Shown: in pieces, positions 1 through 12,879 of the stretch
Position numbering within the stretch: the stretch's first letter is position 1
Layout of the letters: each line of letters opens with the position of its first letter
Source: Camelus ferus
Lineage: Eukaryota
Length of the DNA stretch: 64,000 nucleotides
Direction: 5' to 3'
Assembly: GCF_009834535.1 (NCBI RefSeq)
Contig: NC_045696.1
Coordinates: forward strand, 1,612,001-1,676,000
Position numbers and translations under genes: made by a program
The notes under the pieces: model-generated
Databases searched by the model: none
Told to the model about the DNA's origin: nothing
The model's input: the letters and a program-made list of their open reading frames with translations, nothing else

Positions 1-189
1 GAAGCCCAGGGCACTGCCTTGTTTCTGACGCCCCGACTGCCGGGCCGCCTCATCCTGAGGGTCTGTGTGGATTCCTGGCTTTTCTGCCGCAGGGACCCGA
101 ACCCCAGTCTTTCTGCTCCCACCTCTGGCTTCACCCAGCATCCCAACCCTCCTGACCCACTGCACCCCTAGGTTGTCCCTCCCACCCCA

Positions 190-345
190 CAGCTGTTCCC
201 AGTCCTCATCTGGCATCAGAACCACCCAGAGGACTTGTTAAAACAGGGCTGGGCTCCCCCCTCAGCCTGGGTGGGGCCTGAGAATTTGCATTTCTAAGGA
301 GTGCCCAGGTGATGGCCCCGCGGCTACTCAGACCCTCTGGGAAGC
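190..345. mobile_element. MER5A-like hAT-Charlie DNA transposon relic
   Basis: The segment catcagaaccacccagaggacttgttaaaa...gggtggggcctgagaatttgcatttctaag...cccaggtgatg resembles the MER5A consensus as recalled. Boundaries are approximate. Confidence 0.7.
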
Positions 346-3090
346 CTTGCCCCTGAGTGTGCTGCCCACCTGGGCACCGGGTAAACCCACCTGCCTAAGA
401 GGTGCTGCCTCGGGTCTGACTCAGGTCTGGCCGGGCCCCAGAGAGCAGGCTTGTCTGGCAGGTGGGGAGGAGACCCCGACCCCCGGAGGAGAGCAGGGCC
501 TGGGCGGGGCTGGTTCCCGCGGCCGGTGCTCCGGGGCAGCAGCGCCCCACCTCTTCACTCCCACTTCTCTGCACCAGGAGGAGGTGTGCCTGTCAGAATG
601 AAAGTCTCAAAAGTTCTGTGAACAGCAGGCTCTCAGTGCTCAATAATTTCTTTTGGATTTTTTCTGGATTTTCCCTTTAATTTCAGTACAAAATGCATAC
701 AACTGCACAAACGTATTATAATTATAGTTTTTGATCAAATATTTAAAACCACAGTAGGCTTTTGTTTTTTGAAAATGCGTCTCTTGCTTAGACGATCTGT
801 GGTTCATGTATGATTTATTGACAGAACCAAACAAGACTCAGTGGACGTTAACATCGATTCGACGACAATGTCTTAGGCCACCCGAAGTCTCGGGCTCGTG
901 TGTGCGCGTCTGACGGCTGGCGAAGAGCCCTGCTCGGACTGGAGTTGACCTGGTACTGCGGTTAGTTTGGTTCCAATCAGATCAGCACGTGACAGGGCCC
1001 AGTGGAGACATGAAGACGGCAGACGGGTGACCTTGGAGAGGGGTCCAAACAGAGCTGGGTGCAGGCCCGAGTACCTGCGTCAGCCTTCTGCCCTGTGACA
1101 TGTCAGCCGGCTGCTCAAGACAGACAACACATGCCCCCTGCACCTGTCTCAGGGGGTCGGGACTCCTGCAGCGGCCCCGCGGGGGGTCAGGGGCTGCTGT
1201 GGGGATGGTGGCCGGGCTTCCCCACCTGAAGGCTCCACTGGGGCTGGAGGGTTGGCGCCTGAAAAGCCTCCCTTGCAGGGTTGGCCGCTGTAAGCGCTGG
1301 CTGTCAGCTGGGTGCTGGAGTGACTGTTTCATGCGGCAGCTGGGCTCTGAGAGGGCGGGGTTGGGGGAGGACAGAGAGATGAGAGGAGGGGAGGGGTCCT
1401 GCTGCGTGTGCTGGTCCTCAAGCTGCATCACTGATCTGTCTGAAGTAAAATGTGAGACTTCAGACCTCCTCCTCCTGGAAATTCAGCAGACCTGCAGCTG
1501 ACTGGGCCAGGGTGAGCTGCGGGAGCAGAGAGGTGGGGGCGTGGGGATGAGGGTGGAGCCTGGACGTTCTGCAGAGCGCGGTTTGGGTGCGAGAGTCTCC
1601 CAGTTCTGAGACGCCTAGCTGGAGGGAGGGCCCAGAGACTTGCCCGGGGCCTCCTGGCTGGACTCAGGGGCCCCCACGCCGCCCTCCAGTCCTGCCTGAT
1701 GTCCTCGCTCGCTCACGCGGGACTGTCCCGGGGGCTGTGTGTCCTCGGGCAGGTGCTGCGTGGCCAGCGAAACGGCCGGCGTGAGGTCCTGCCCTCGTGG
1801 CCTCCCGCTGCGGCCCCTGCACCACATTCGCGTCAGGGGCCAAGGACTGAGTCTGCCTGCCGGAGTCTTGGCCCCACCCACAGGGCACCCGCGCCCCGGG
1901 GGAGTTGAGGACCGCGGCCTTGGGGTCGCGTCTCTGGTGTGGGCGTGGTTGTCCCCTCCCCCTTGTGCATCTCTCACCAGGATCTTTGCACAGGGTCTTG
2001 GCCCTGCTCACAGCTGCCCGCTGGCTTGGTGCTCAGGACATGCGGGGGGTCGGGCCAGGCTCCAGAATCAGCATTTGCTCCCACCCCTCACCGGGGGTTC
2101 TGTGCCCGTCCAGAGCCCTGACCTCGGGCAGTGACGTGTGGGGTGGCAGAGGGCCACAGGTGTGGGGAGGGGTGGATTGCAAGGGAGTGGGCGCTCCCTT
2201 TGTCCTGGCTCTGACCTGGGGTGGGGCTGCAGGGGGCCCTGCAGACACTAGGAGGAGGAGCCGGGCCTCAGGCTCCAGGCAGGCGGCTCCTCTCCCCGGT
2301 CTCCTTAGGAATGGGCGCCAGCGGGCCCAGCGCTCTGGGCGCCCATGCCAGCGACGTGGCCGGCTAGGACAAGAGGCAGAGCGACGTGTGTGCGTGTTCC
2401 CAGGCGTCGCAGCACATCCAGGGGTCCGGCTGCTGCACCCTGTGTCTGAGGTGCCGAGACCACCCCACAGCAGGACCACGGAAAGGGGCCACTTCCTCCT
2501 TCTTGTTGCCATCGTGGGTGAGGTTTCAACAGTGAGCCGTTTCACTTGTGCAGTAAGAAAATAAAGTTGTTTTTTAAGGCCCCATACGTATGAGCGCCGC
2601 CGCCTACTTGCTGGGTGTGGTGACCAGGACCGCTCAGCCACTGGGGAGGCTCCCCACCGACAGCCCCTCACGTCTGTCCGTGGGATCGAGCCCGGGACAC
2701 CTCGCCGGCCACAGTCCTTGTTCTTCTGACAAGTCCCGCAGATGAGACACAAGCACATTTTTTCAAACGAGGCGGGGGAGTAGCAGCTGCTCGGGCCGGA
2801 CGGGCGCGTCGGGCTCACGCAGCCTCAGATTTCTCCCCAGGACGGTGCAGCTGCCACAGGCACAGCTTGGCCAGCATCTTTCTCGTCACTGACTTAGCTT
2901 TGGACGTGTGGGGACGTGTTCACACAGGGCCTGCACCCTCACGAGAAGCATCACTCGGTGCAGACAGACGTTAGTTATCACGTCGCTGGTTCAATTCCTG
3001 ACACCGAGAAGAGGGCGGATGCCGTGCGGCGCGTTCACGTAGCTACTTTTGTCTTAATGACTCACTCAGTCTCTGCTGTGATGATGCTTC

Positions 3091-3550
3091 TGTGGGCTGA
3101 GCTGTGTCCCCAGAATCCGCACGTGGGAGCCCCAGCCCGCGGGGGGTCTGTATGGCCGTCTTTGGAGCTGGATCTCGAGGGAGGTCGCGGGGTGGGCCCT
3201 GACCCAGAGACACTGGCGTCCTCATCAGGAGAGGGACATGGACACATGGAAGGAGACTGTGGGAGGACACTGGGGGGGTACGGGGGGACACAGGGGAGAC
3301 AGCAGGGGACACGGAGGGACCCCAGGGGGACACCAGGGAGACCAGGAGGACACACAGAGGGAAACCACAGGAGGACACAGAGGGACACCAGGAGGACATG
3401 GGGGGACATCGGGAGGATACCCGGAGGACACCAGGGGGACACTGGGTGGGACGGCCATCTGCCTCTCGTCGCTGCAGCCCAGCGCCTGGACTGTGGCTGG
3501 AGTGGAGTGAGTCCCCGTCAGTGTTTGTGGAGCGCGAGGACGAGACGTGA
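3091..3550 (+). mobile_element. MLT1 (ERVL-MaLR) solo LTR with an internal G-rich minisatellite expansion
   Basis: Starts tgtgggctgagctgtgtccccagaatcc and contains gggtgggccctgacccagagacactggcgtcctcatcaggagaggga, both typical of MLT1. 3240-3450 is a degenerate GGGGACAC/GGAGGACAC repeat. Confidence 0.65.
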
Positions 3551-6039
3551 TTTGGGAAGTTGGCAGCAGCTCTGCTGGCAAGCACCCCATGCTGTAACTT
3601 ACACCCACTGGGCATCTGTTTTCTGGGGGAAGTCCATGGGGTCTGGTGACAGGAAGGCCTCGGTCGTCCTCCGACCTCGGTGACCTTAGCTGGGCCCCAT
3701 CACACATCCGGGCTCAGGCATCGCACGCTTACTGAGCACCTGGACCTGGGGGTCAAGGAACCAGGCTCAGGGGAGCCAGGAGCTGGAAGTCTGCACCGAG
3801 AGGGCAGGAGGAGCTGGAGGAGCGGGAGGGGGCGGGTAGATGTGGGGACATGAGCCCGAGTGAGGGCGCGACTCTCCAGGGTGGAGGGGCCCCCGGGAGC
3901 CAGCGTCTCTAGGGAGAGGGCAGAGCTGAAGCCGTTCTCAAAGCGGGGCCAGGGCACCGGGTTCCTGTGCATGGACTTTGAGAACTGCTGTCCGGAGCAG
4001 CCCCTTAGCAGATGGAGTGAAGGGCCCTGAGAGGGAGGAGGTGGCAGGGCTGAGGAGGGAGGGGCACCCTCAGGAATGAGGACCCTGGAGAGGAGTGGGG
4101 ATGGACAGTCCAGGGGCTGCAGTGACCGTGGACTGAGATGGGACACGGCCTTCCCCACAGTGCGGAGCGGCAGCGGCACCGGCATGTGGACCTGGTGGAG
4201 GAAGGTGCGGGCGCTGCCGGCCGTGGGTCCCCGTTCCCCAGCAAAGGTGAGGGCACTCAGTGAGGAGAAGAGCTGGGGTGCAGGGAGCCCCAGGGAGGAC
4301 ACAACCTCTGACTGCTGGGGGCCCCACATCCAGCAAGAGGCTGAGGACGGGGTGGTGCTGCTCGTACCAATGACGAGACTGCATCGCTCTGACCCCAGGG
4401 GTGGCTGGGTCACGACCCGGGCCACCTCACTGACCAGGCAGAGAGACGCCAAGCCCACACGGGCAAGAAGGCGTCGTCAAGACAGCCCCTGTGCGAGGCT
4501 GAGAACCCACAAGCGCCCCAAAGCCCGTTTCTACTGGAGCTAAGGCTGTGCACTCACCACTTGGAGACTCGCCCCCACTGGCACAAAACTGACTTTAAAT
4601 CCAGCGCATGGTGCCTCAGGGCCAGTGTTCACACACCCCGTGTTCTTGGAAAATGTGGTTTTGAAAATGTCTCAAGATGACAAGGATCCGACACCAACAC
4701 AGAGGCCAAAGACTCTGATATGGGGCCAGACTGGGCCCAACTGGCCATCAGGGAAGTGGCCAGTGGGTGGCCACCCTGAAGCCCACACACTCTTCTCTCC
4801 AGGTGGGAACTTCTGGAGGCTTCCCTCCCCAGGCTCCAAGGTCCTGTGTGGGGAGGGTGGGGCCCCAGCTCCTCAGGTGCCCAGGATCCAGCCCCAGGGA
4901 GGCCTGCTCTGCCTGCAACGGGTGGCTGCGGGCCCACAGGCTCACAGACCCCACCCCCCAAGCGTGGGCGGGCCATGCTTCTCCATCCTGCTCTGGGCCT
5001 CCCAGGGCCAGCACTGAGAGGGAGGGGATGAGTCGCCAAAGCCTGGCTTTCCGCACCCCTGAGTCTGCAGGGACCGGTGGAGGGCGGGAGCCGCGGGGTC
5101 CCCGGTTGCAGGGCGGAGGGCGGAGGTGCACACCTCCCCTCCCGGACTTGGTGATTCACATCAAACAGAGGTCCCTTTGTTCCTGCCGCACTGCGAGTGC
5201 ACATGGGGCTTTCTTGCTTCTCCGGCCCCGCTAATTACAGCTCTGCCTGCACCCCCCCCCCGCCCCGCACCTTTGAAGTGGGTGCTGCTGCCCCGCCGGC
5301 CTCGCACCCGGTAATTGCAGCTTCCCTTCAGGCCCAGTTGCTAAGTTTCCCTTGCTCTTTTCAGCAGGTTGCTGGGGAAATTACAGTGCAGCAGCGAGTA
5401 GAAGGGAAAACCTGTGCTTTTATCGGGTTTAGATTAATGTGGGTTAACCTGTGAAGAATTTTTTAAGAACATGCTCTGTGTGGTAAGGATGGGCTTTGCC
5501 TGGAGGTGGGAACTGGTGCCCCGGCAAGCTGGAAATGGCAGGCTTGGTGACGGAGGCAGAGAGGCAGCCTGGGGCCCTCAGCACTGGCCGAGAGGTGCCT
5601 TCCGTCCTTCACAGAGCGGATGTGCGGCGTCCCCGGTCCCGCCTTACCGCGCAGCAGCCACAGGAACAGCGCAGAGCAGAGGGCCCGGCCCGTCAACACT
5701 CCCGCATCTGCTCCTTTTTTATAACTAGTTAACAAAACTAACTCGAGTGACTGTATGAATGCAGCGTTTGGTATGTGGAAGGAGCCAAAAGCCAGCCAGT
5801 GGGGGAAAAGCAGGGACAGGCTTCCTTCTCAGCCCTCCTGCGCCCCTTCCCACGTCTGCTTCTCCGCAGGAAGGCGTGACGAGCGGGGTCCTCAGGGATG
5901 CCTACCCCCGCGGTACACGTGCTTCCCGAAACAATTACCTGGCGCTGGGACACGGGGTTGGTACTAGAAATTCAGTGTGCCTTCCTCCGGGCGGGCTCCT
6001 CGTAACAGGGGGTCCTTCCCCCTTTCTGGCATGGATTCC

Positions 6040-7190
6040 ATATTCACAGCAAAAAAGCGCCAACACTGGGCAGTGAGACAAAGATGCAACTTTTCTAATG
6101 ATACAAAAAAACATGCACCACAACCAAAGTAGCAAAACACATTAAACAAACTCCTAGAAATACACAAACTTGTGGATAAAGAGGAATAGGAGGAATGTTG
6201 CACACCAGCGGGGGGAAAGGAAGTCGAGGGCATACAGTGATCACAAACACCCACGCCCCTGACGGCGTGGCGTCGGAGTTTATGATGCAGCAAGGGACAG
6301 GGTTTCCGGGAGAAACGGAAGAGAGCGGAGAGCTCACACGCACACAAACGCGCTCAGCCGGAGGATGGGTGGGTCTGCGTTTACTGCCGGTAAACTGCTG
6401 CATGGAGGGAAAAATGCGCTTGTGTGCTTGTAGGTGTATAAATGGATGAGGGTCCCAGACTGAAAGGAAGAACACAAAGCTAATAAAATGTCAGGTCTGG
6501 AAAAAACCTAAGGAACTGGTGAAACATCATTTAACAAGAGATTTTCATACACGTCTATGTAAGAAAACCCAGGCATTCAAAGGATGAATGAATTACGTGA
6601 CTTCACAGCAAACCTTAAAGTAAAAGTAAAGAAACACAAACTACACACGTTAAATACAAGAGCACAATCGGAGGCTTGGAACGGATTAATTTTATTTTAA
6701 AGAATAAGGATGTAATGTTAATTCTTCGGCAGTAAATTGGAGAATTTAGAGGAAGTGGGTGATTTCCCAGTAAAACAGAAGTCATCAACATAAATTATGA
6801 AGAATGAAGAATAAACAAACATAAAAGAAACTGGAAGTTTGAAACATTTCTCATTGAAAGAGTCTCAACCTGGAACTTAAACTTGGTCACTGTATCAGCT
6901 AATCGTGCTGGATTCATGGTATTTTTCTTAGATATGATAATCTCATTATAGAAATGTTGGAGCATGTCCTTGTTTTAGGAAACACATGCAGAAACACCCA
7001 GAGTGAAGGTCATGTTAACAGTTTACACCCAAGAGGTCCAGCAAGGAGAAGTGCTCACACAGGCACATGCAGATGGGAGAGCGGAGCATGTGTGACACAG
7101 GGTCACCGCCTGCCACGTCGAAGCACGTTTTCTGTCAAATTTGCTGTAGGCTTGAAAAGTGTTTTAAAAAATTGCAAAGGGAAGAAGGCT
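6040..7190 (+). mobile_element. Old L1 fragments (ORF2 and 3' end pieces)
   Basis: A-rich segment; cagtaaattggagaatttagaggaagtgggtgatttccc resembles the L1 ORF2 NKLDNLEEMDKF region. Confidence 0.55.
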
Positions 7191-7447
7191 GAAACGCTCT
7201 TGCAAACGAGGCCCAGTTTCTCGCCAGGAGACAAGTGTCCAGACCAGGACGTCTGGAAAGCACCAGATGACTGTATAAAGCTGGCGTAGCTTGGCGTCAC
7301 CCATGATCAAGACAGTAAGCTCGCTAGTCGACGGCACACGTTGAAGCCTGGTGCCCCCAGCCTGGGGAGGAGGGCAGACATCATTCAAAGGGTCACCTGA
7401 ACAAGTGACCAAGACCTCCTGTTGTGGAAAAATGTGTTACAGCTCAG

Positions 7448-7996
7448 TGTTACAGCTCGGTTGTGCCAGCAACCTGGATCTGGGCGAGAGACCAAGCGGC
7501 ACTCGGAGAGCTGGAGAACTCAGGCTTATCACACGAGCGGGCCCAGAGGAATTAACATTCCAAGCTCTGGACCCCATCTGTAGGTCTACACAGGCCTTTA
7601 AAGGCTGCCAGTTTTACACTTTGCAACATCATATGCAAATAAAGTATAACAGAAGTTGACCAACCAGGAACAAGCTTTGTAGAAATGGACCAATCAGGAG
7701 GGAGAGAAATAACCAATCAGGAGTGAGCTCCATACAAATGAAGTAATACAAATGGACCAATCAGAAGTTAGGGAAGTGGACTAATCAGAAGTGAGAGTAA
7801 TAACCAATCAGGAGAGAAGGAAGGAACCAATCAGAAGTGAGCTCAGGGAACCAATAGAATTTTAGGGGTAAGTAAATAGTTTCAGAAGCAAAAAGTGAGC
7901 TAGAGCCTCTGGGCCAGGGAACCGGATGGTGCTGGCAGGAGAGTAGTGGCCCTGCCTGCGGGTCCTGCTGGTCTTTTTATGGGGCTTCCCGCCTCA
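7448..7996 (-). mobile_element. ERV solo LTR carrying a tandem CCAAT-box array
   Basis: Read on the minus strand it begins TGAGGCGGGAAG and ends ...GAGCTGTAACA (TG...CA termini), with a U5-like segment cctgagttctccagctctccgagtgccgcttggtctctc. It has six CCAAT boxes (7690-7855) and an octamer ATGCAAAT (7633-7640). No TSD was identified, so the ends are approximate. Confidence 0.65.
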
Positions 7997-8819
7997 CTCC
8001 CTGAAGGAGAGGCACTCAAGGTGCTGAGAGCTTCTGCAAGGAGGCCCCCCAGGAGTTAATCAGGCTGAGGTGGAGGTGCAGGGAGCGGGCCCACCTGGGA
8101 GCAGCCACGGGTGGGAGGAGGCACATCGCAGACGTGGGTCTGACAGAAGCCCCAGGCGTGTGCGTGCGTGTGTGTGCGTGTGAGTGGAGGGAGACCTGCA
8201 GCTGGGTGGAGGGCAGGGCCACACCTCAGGCTTGGAGGCCACACTCCGATATTGTCTTTATTCTGGGCCGGAAGCCCCCGATGGGAGGCCAGTCAGGCCA
8301 GGCTTGGGTTCTGAGAGGCCAGGTCGCTAGGAGCAGGTGCAGAGGCCCGGGGGGGGGTGTGGAGACGGGACGTGGCTGGGCAGCAACAGTGTGGAGTGAA
8401 GGTGGCTGGGCCGGGAAGGTGGGGGTGGGAGGCAGGAGTGTTTGGGGTGAACTCAGTGGGACTTCCTGGGGTGGGGGTGCCAAGGATGAGTTCCCAGTTT
8501 CTGGCCTGCACCCAGGACGGTGCCTGCTCTGAGCCAGGGGCACAGAGACCCTGGTAGGACGCCAGGTGAGTATCTGCATGTGGCCTGACGCTGGGCACAG
8601 AGGTGTGGGCTGTGACACACAGCTCTCAGCCTGCAGCGCCCGGGGAGCATCTGGGGCCCAGCAGGCTGCCTGGGAAGAGAAGAATGTGGTGCGGAAGCAA
8701 GTGTTCTAAATGAAACGTTGGGTCAGGTCTGCAGTGAGTCAGGAGAAAAATGTACCCTGCTCCTGTGTGTGTCACCCCGGGAGGGTCAGGATGGCTCAGC
8801 ACTTGGAAAAGGACCTTGT

Positions 8820-10115
8820 GATGAATTCCACCGACAAACTTAAAAAGCTAAAATAGAAAATCTGCAAATCATATTAATCGATGTACAAAAGCATCTGACA
8901 AAACGCAGCAGCCATTCCTCCTCTGAGTAAAAGAGGAAAAGAAGAGTAATTCTTTAACATGATAAGGCTTCCAAACTCGGCGGCCAGTCTCACCAAGCTT
9001 GGGCCTGAGATAAGCCCAGGGCTGTCGCTGCTTCCGACACGGCTTTGAAGGCCCTGGTTTGTGCCGTAAGAAGAAGATAGCCTGGTGCACACGCTAACGC
9101 AACAGGGCCACAGTTACTGTTACTTGCAGACAATGTTCGTCTAGAAAAACAAGAGATTGTAAAATCACTTACTAAATTTAAGGTTGCTGGACACGAGATA
9201 ACTGTACAAAAATGGACCAGTCTTCTTTATATGAGCAGTAACCAATTACAGGTGGAAGTGGGGGTTTATGTTCACGATGATGATAAAATTATAAACTTAT
9301 AGGACATTTACAGGAGTAACTTTACAGAAAAAGTATAGGATCTCTATAGTCAAAACTGAAATTTGAGGGATGAATTTATTTCAACTTCGGAATAAACAGA
9401 CACACATATCCTTGAGTGGGGAGACTTCACATCATAGAAAGCCCGTGTTCTGAGTTTACTCTGTGAACTCACTGTCACTCCAGTAGGTTTTCCTGCAATG
9501 CTTTTTGCTCGTTTGTTCGATTTTCATTTGGAAGATGAAGGTAAGAACCAATCATTTTTTAAGTTCGTATAAGAAAACACGTGAGAACTGCTCATACATT
9601 TTTGAAAAGGGAAAACGGGCGCGTGCACCCTTCGTCTCTGTGTGAATGCTTTCCATAAACCCTGTTGTCAGAATCACGTGCTGGCAAAGGAGAGAGACAG
9701 ACTAGTGGAACCGAGATTAGTCTGACCCCTCTGGACTGGACATTTCGAGATGGTGGGAGGGGGCAGTACTTAATAAACGGTGTGCACACAGCAGCCTTCT
9801 GGAAACAGAGTCCTACTCACTGAGTTCCAGTGTTCAGGACCACACTTCGGATGAGCCGGAGGGCGAAGCACACAGCAGAGCAGCAGAGAATGCCCACATG
9901 GCTTAAGGAGAATGTTGCTGACTAAATAAAAAATTGAAATACCTGGCAAAAGACAAAATCATCAAAAAGTATCAAAAACAAAACAAAACCATTTAAACCA
10001 AAGCATCAAAAAAGAAATCATAGGGAGAAAATATATGCAGTAACCCTTTAGCAGACAAAGGGTTAATGGCCCGACCATCCAAAGAACTTTTCTCATGACA
10101 GGAAAACAAACTCAG
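8820..10115 (+). mobile_element. Degraded L1 ORF2 (reverse transcriptase region) fragments, interrupted
   Basis: atcatattaatcgatgtacaaaagcatctgacaaaacgcagcagccattc corresponds to the L1 RT motif IISIDAEKAFDKIQHPF, and gcagacaatg lies at the FADD position. Many stops. Confidence 0.7.
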
Positions 10116-11408
10116 TCCCTTCTTCAGTAACCCAATGAGCCCTCTCTTCTTAGATCACTTTCGAAGTGACTTCCCGCCTGCATTTCCCGGAGACTCTGAG
10201 CCTCGCCTGCTCCGGGTGAGTCAGTGGCTGATGAGCTCACAGCTGGGCGCCAGGTGGGGGCCCGGCCCAGGTGGGGACCTGGCCCAGGAGCAGCCAGCCC
10301 GGCCATGACTGCTCACTGTCCGAGCTCGCCAGGTCGTCCCAAGTCGATCTGGACTCGCTGTCACCTGCCAAGTGTTCTCTTCTGTTCCCCACAGACCTCT
10401 CCAAGCATCCTTAGGACAGCGGTCATTCAATTCCGAATTACAGCCTATTCCCGGAGAAGCGTTTGTGTCTTTAAACGATTAAAAACCACGGGAGCTTTAA
10501 TGGTCTGCGTAAGTGAAGGGTTAGTTGGGGGGGGGGCTGGGCGGAATCAGCGCATTTCTGTAACACGAAGTCACCATTTCAAATTTCTCCTTTACCTGCC
10601 ACATCTCCCGGTTGCCTCGAGAAGGCATCGCCGCTGTTTGGGATGCGCTGACCAGCCCCGAAGAGGCGAGGATGCGCTCGGGCCACACAGAGATGGAATT
10701 CACCCAGCCTGCTTGCCGGGAGGGAAATCCCTACAATGTAAGGTTTGTTCGGGCAGGTTCGAACAATCACAGAACTCGCTCTGACCTATGAGACGGTGGC
10801 CGGGCCACCTCTGACCTTCGCAAGCTCATATGTCGTAGCGGGCTCCTGGGACGCAGCTCCGTGACTCCAGTGCCTGTGATGTGGGAGAGGTGGTTTCCGC
10901 AGCAGAGGAGCTCGGGGGACCCAGGGTAGCAAATTGTATGCAGCTTTCTTTGCTGCCGAAGCCTCAGTGACATCGGCTTGTGGGAGCGTGTGTCCCCGGG
11001 GAGGGCCCGTGGCCCTGCCCCTCTCGCAGGGGCCCTGAGAGCCGGTGTGCCTGGCCACCCCGGCGAAGCGCTGCCCCATGGGGACCACACCCCGTAACGC
11101 ACAGGACGTGCCGCGGGGGTCCTCTGGCGGCGCGGCCCGCAGACGTGGCACCAGACTCAGAGCACGCGTGAGGCTTGTCCAGGGCTGCACAGGGACCAGG
11201 CTGGACGGGAAACTCTGAGCTTTTTCTGCGTCCAGGCACATATTTTTGCCGTTTTCAAAATGGGTAACTGTTTACTAATTAACCCTTGTTAATCATCGAG
11301 AATCTTCCTGGTGTTACTGGATTAAATGTAACAGAAGAGAGATTTTTTGGAAAGGTTCAAGGTAATGTGATTTTGATTTTTCAGATCTGGTTGTTAAAAA
11401 AGAAATAC

Positions 11409-11553
11409 AGGAGTGGGTACAGCTCAGTGACAGAGGGCGTGCCTAGCACGCAGGAGGCCCTGAGTTCACTCCCCAGCACCTCCATTTAAAAAAAAAAGAA
11501 TCAATCTAATTACTTCCCTGCCACAAACAGAACAAAAAAGTACATGATTTTAC
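11409..11553 (+). mobile_element. Camelid tRNA-derived SINE (Vic-1 type)
   Basis: tRNA-like head gggtacagctcagtgacagag...gagttcactccccagcacctcc (decayed A and B boxes) followed by an A-rich tail. Confidence 0.85.
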
Positions 11554-12879
11554 TTTTATCAAACTGCGAAGGTCAGCAAGAGCCTTGGGGTCAGAGGTCA
11601 GTGGTCACGTGGCGAAGTCTGTGGCGCCCCAGCGACGTGGTCTGGGCTTGTGGCCCTGCGCAGGTGCCACCTGCCCGTCCTGTGGGACGTCACCGGTCCT
11701 GGCCTGCCTGCCCCTCCACCCCCACCCAGGGCCGCTGTGAGCTCAAACTTCTCATCAATTGAGAAAGAAAAGAGAAGAGCTCGAGTTGTTCAGTTTAAAC
11801 TGCTGTCTTTTCCGCAAAGACCAGGCCTTCTCTCTGTGGGGGGTTGGGTCCTTCCTCTCACCAGATGATCTGTGCTGGGTCTGTGTTTCACAGCCCCCAG
11901 GATCTGGGGCGGCAGAGTCTGAGTGCCCGGCCGGCCGGGGGTTCAGGGTCCAGGAGCAGGGGCTCCCTGCAATGGGAAGGGCCCAGGGTAAGACGGGCCT
12001 TGCAGGTTTTCTTCATATGGACCCGGAAAACCGGGACCCATGACCAGGATGCAAACCGTCCGTGTGTGTTCAGACAGAGGGGAGGGAGACAGTCTCGGGC
12101 CACGCGTGGAGGCCTTTGACATGCCCCTCCCTCCCTTCCTCTCCGGCTCCCCCACCCCCGCCTCCCAACAAGCCCTGACCCGGGTAGGGGGCATCTGTGC
12201 CCCCGTAAATGCCTTCTGTGTCACCATCCTCTGCGTAGACCTCGGAGCTGGGGCTTCGGGGCAGAGCTTGGGGTTCAGGACCAGCCGCTGCCCGCCATCT
12301 GAGACAAGGAAAGGTGCCTCTCAGGGCCCTGTGCGCCCCCCAAGCCCGTTTGTCTGTGCACTGTCTCTGAGAAACAGGCGGGCAGGGTGTCTCACGAAAG
12401 AACCACCACGCGTGATAACCGTCCACCTGGGGCAGACTGCAGGTGGACTGACCGTGGTTTGGGCAGGTCAGACCCCAGTGACCAGGAGCCTGATGAAATG
12501 AACCACCCGCCTCGCGGCCACTCCCCTCCCCCGGGCGACGCTCGCGTCTCATTAGCTGTTCCCTTGAAGGACTGACTTCCCTCCGGAGGGAAATTCCTGA
12601 AACCCAGCAGTTGACAAACCCACACACCCTCCGGAGGGCTGGGCACCAGATAAAAGCCCTCCACAGGAGCCCCACCCTCCCGACGGCCACTGCCGGCCCG
12701 GGACCGCGGGGACTGCGTTGGCTCTGCTCCCGCCCGCCCCCCACCTGGTGGCCCGCGCTCGCACCCCAGAGGGGCCTGCACAGGTCCTGGGGCCTCTGGC
12801 TCGCTCTCCGCCCTCCTGGATGCTTCACTTCTCTCCTCCTTCGGGGAAAAGGCGCTTGGCCAATGACTGATCGCAGCCT

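Noticed and set aside
3043-3707. Overlapping Gly/Pro-rich ORFs
   Set aside because: Products of the MLT1-internal minisatellite.
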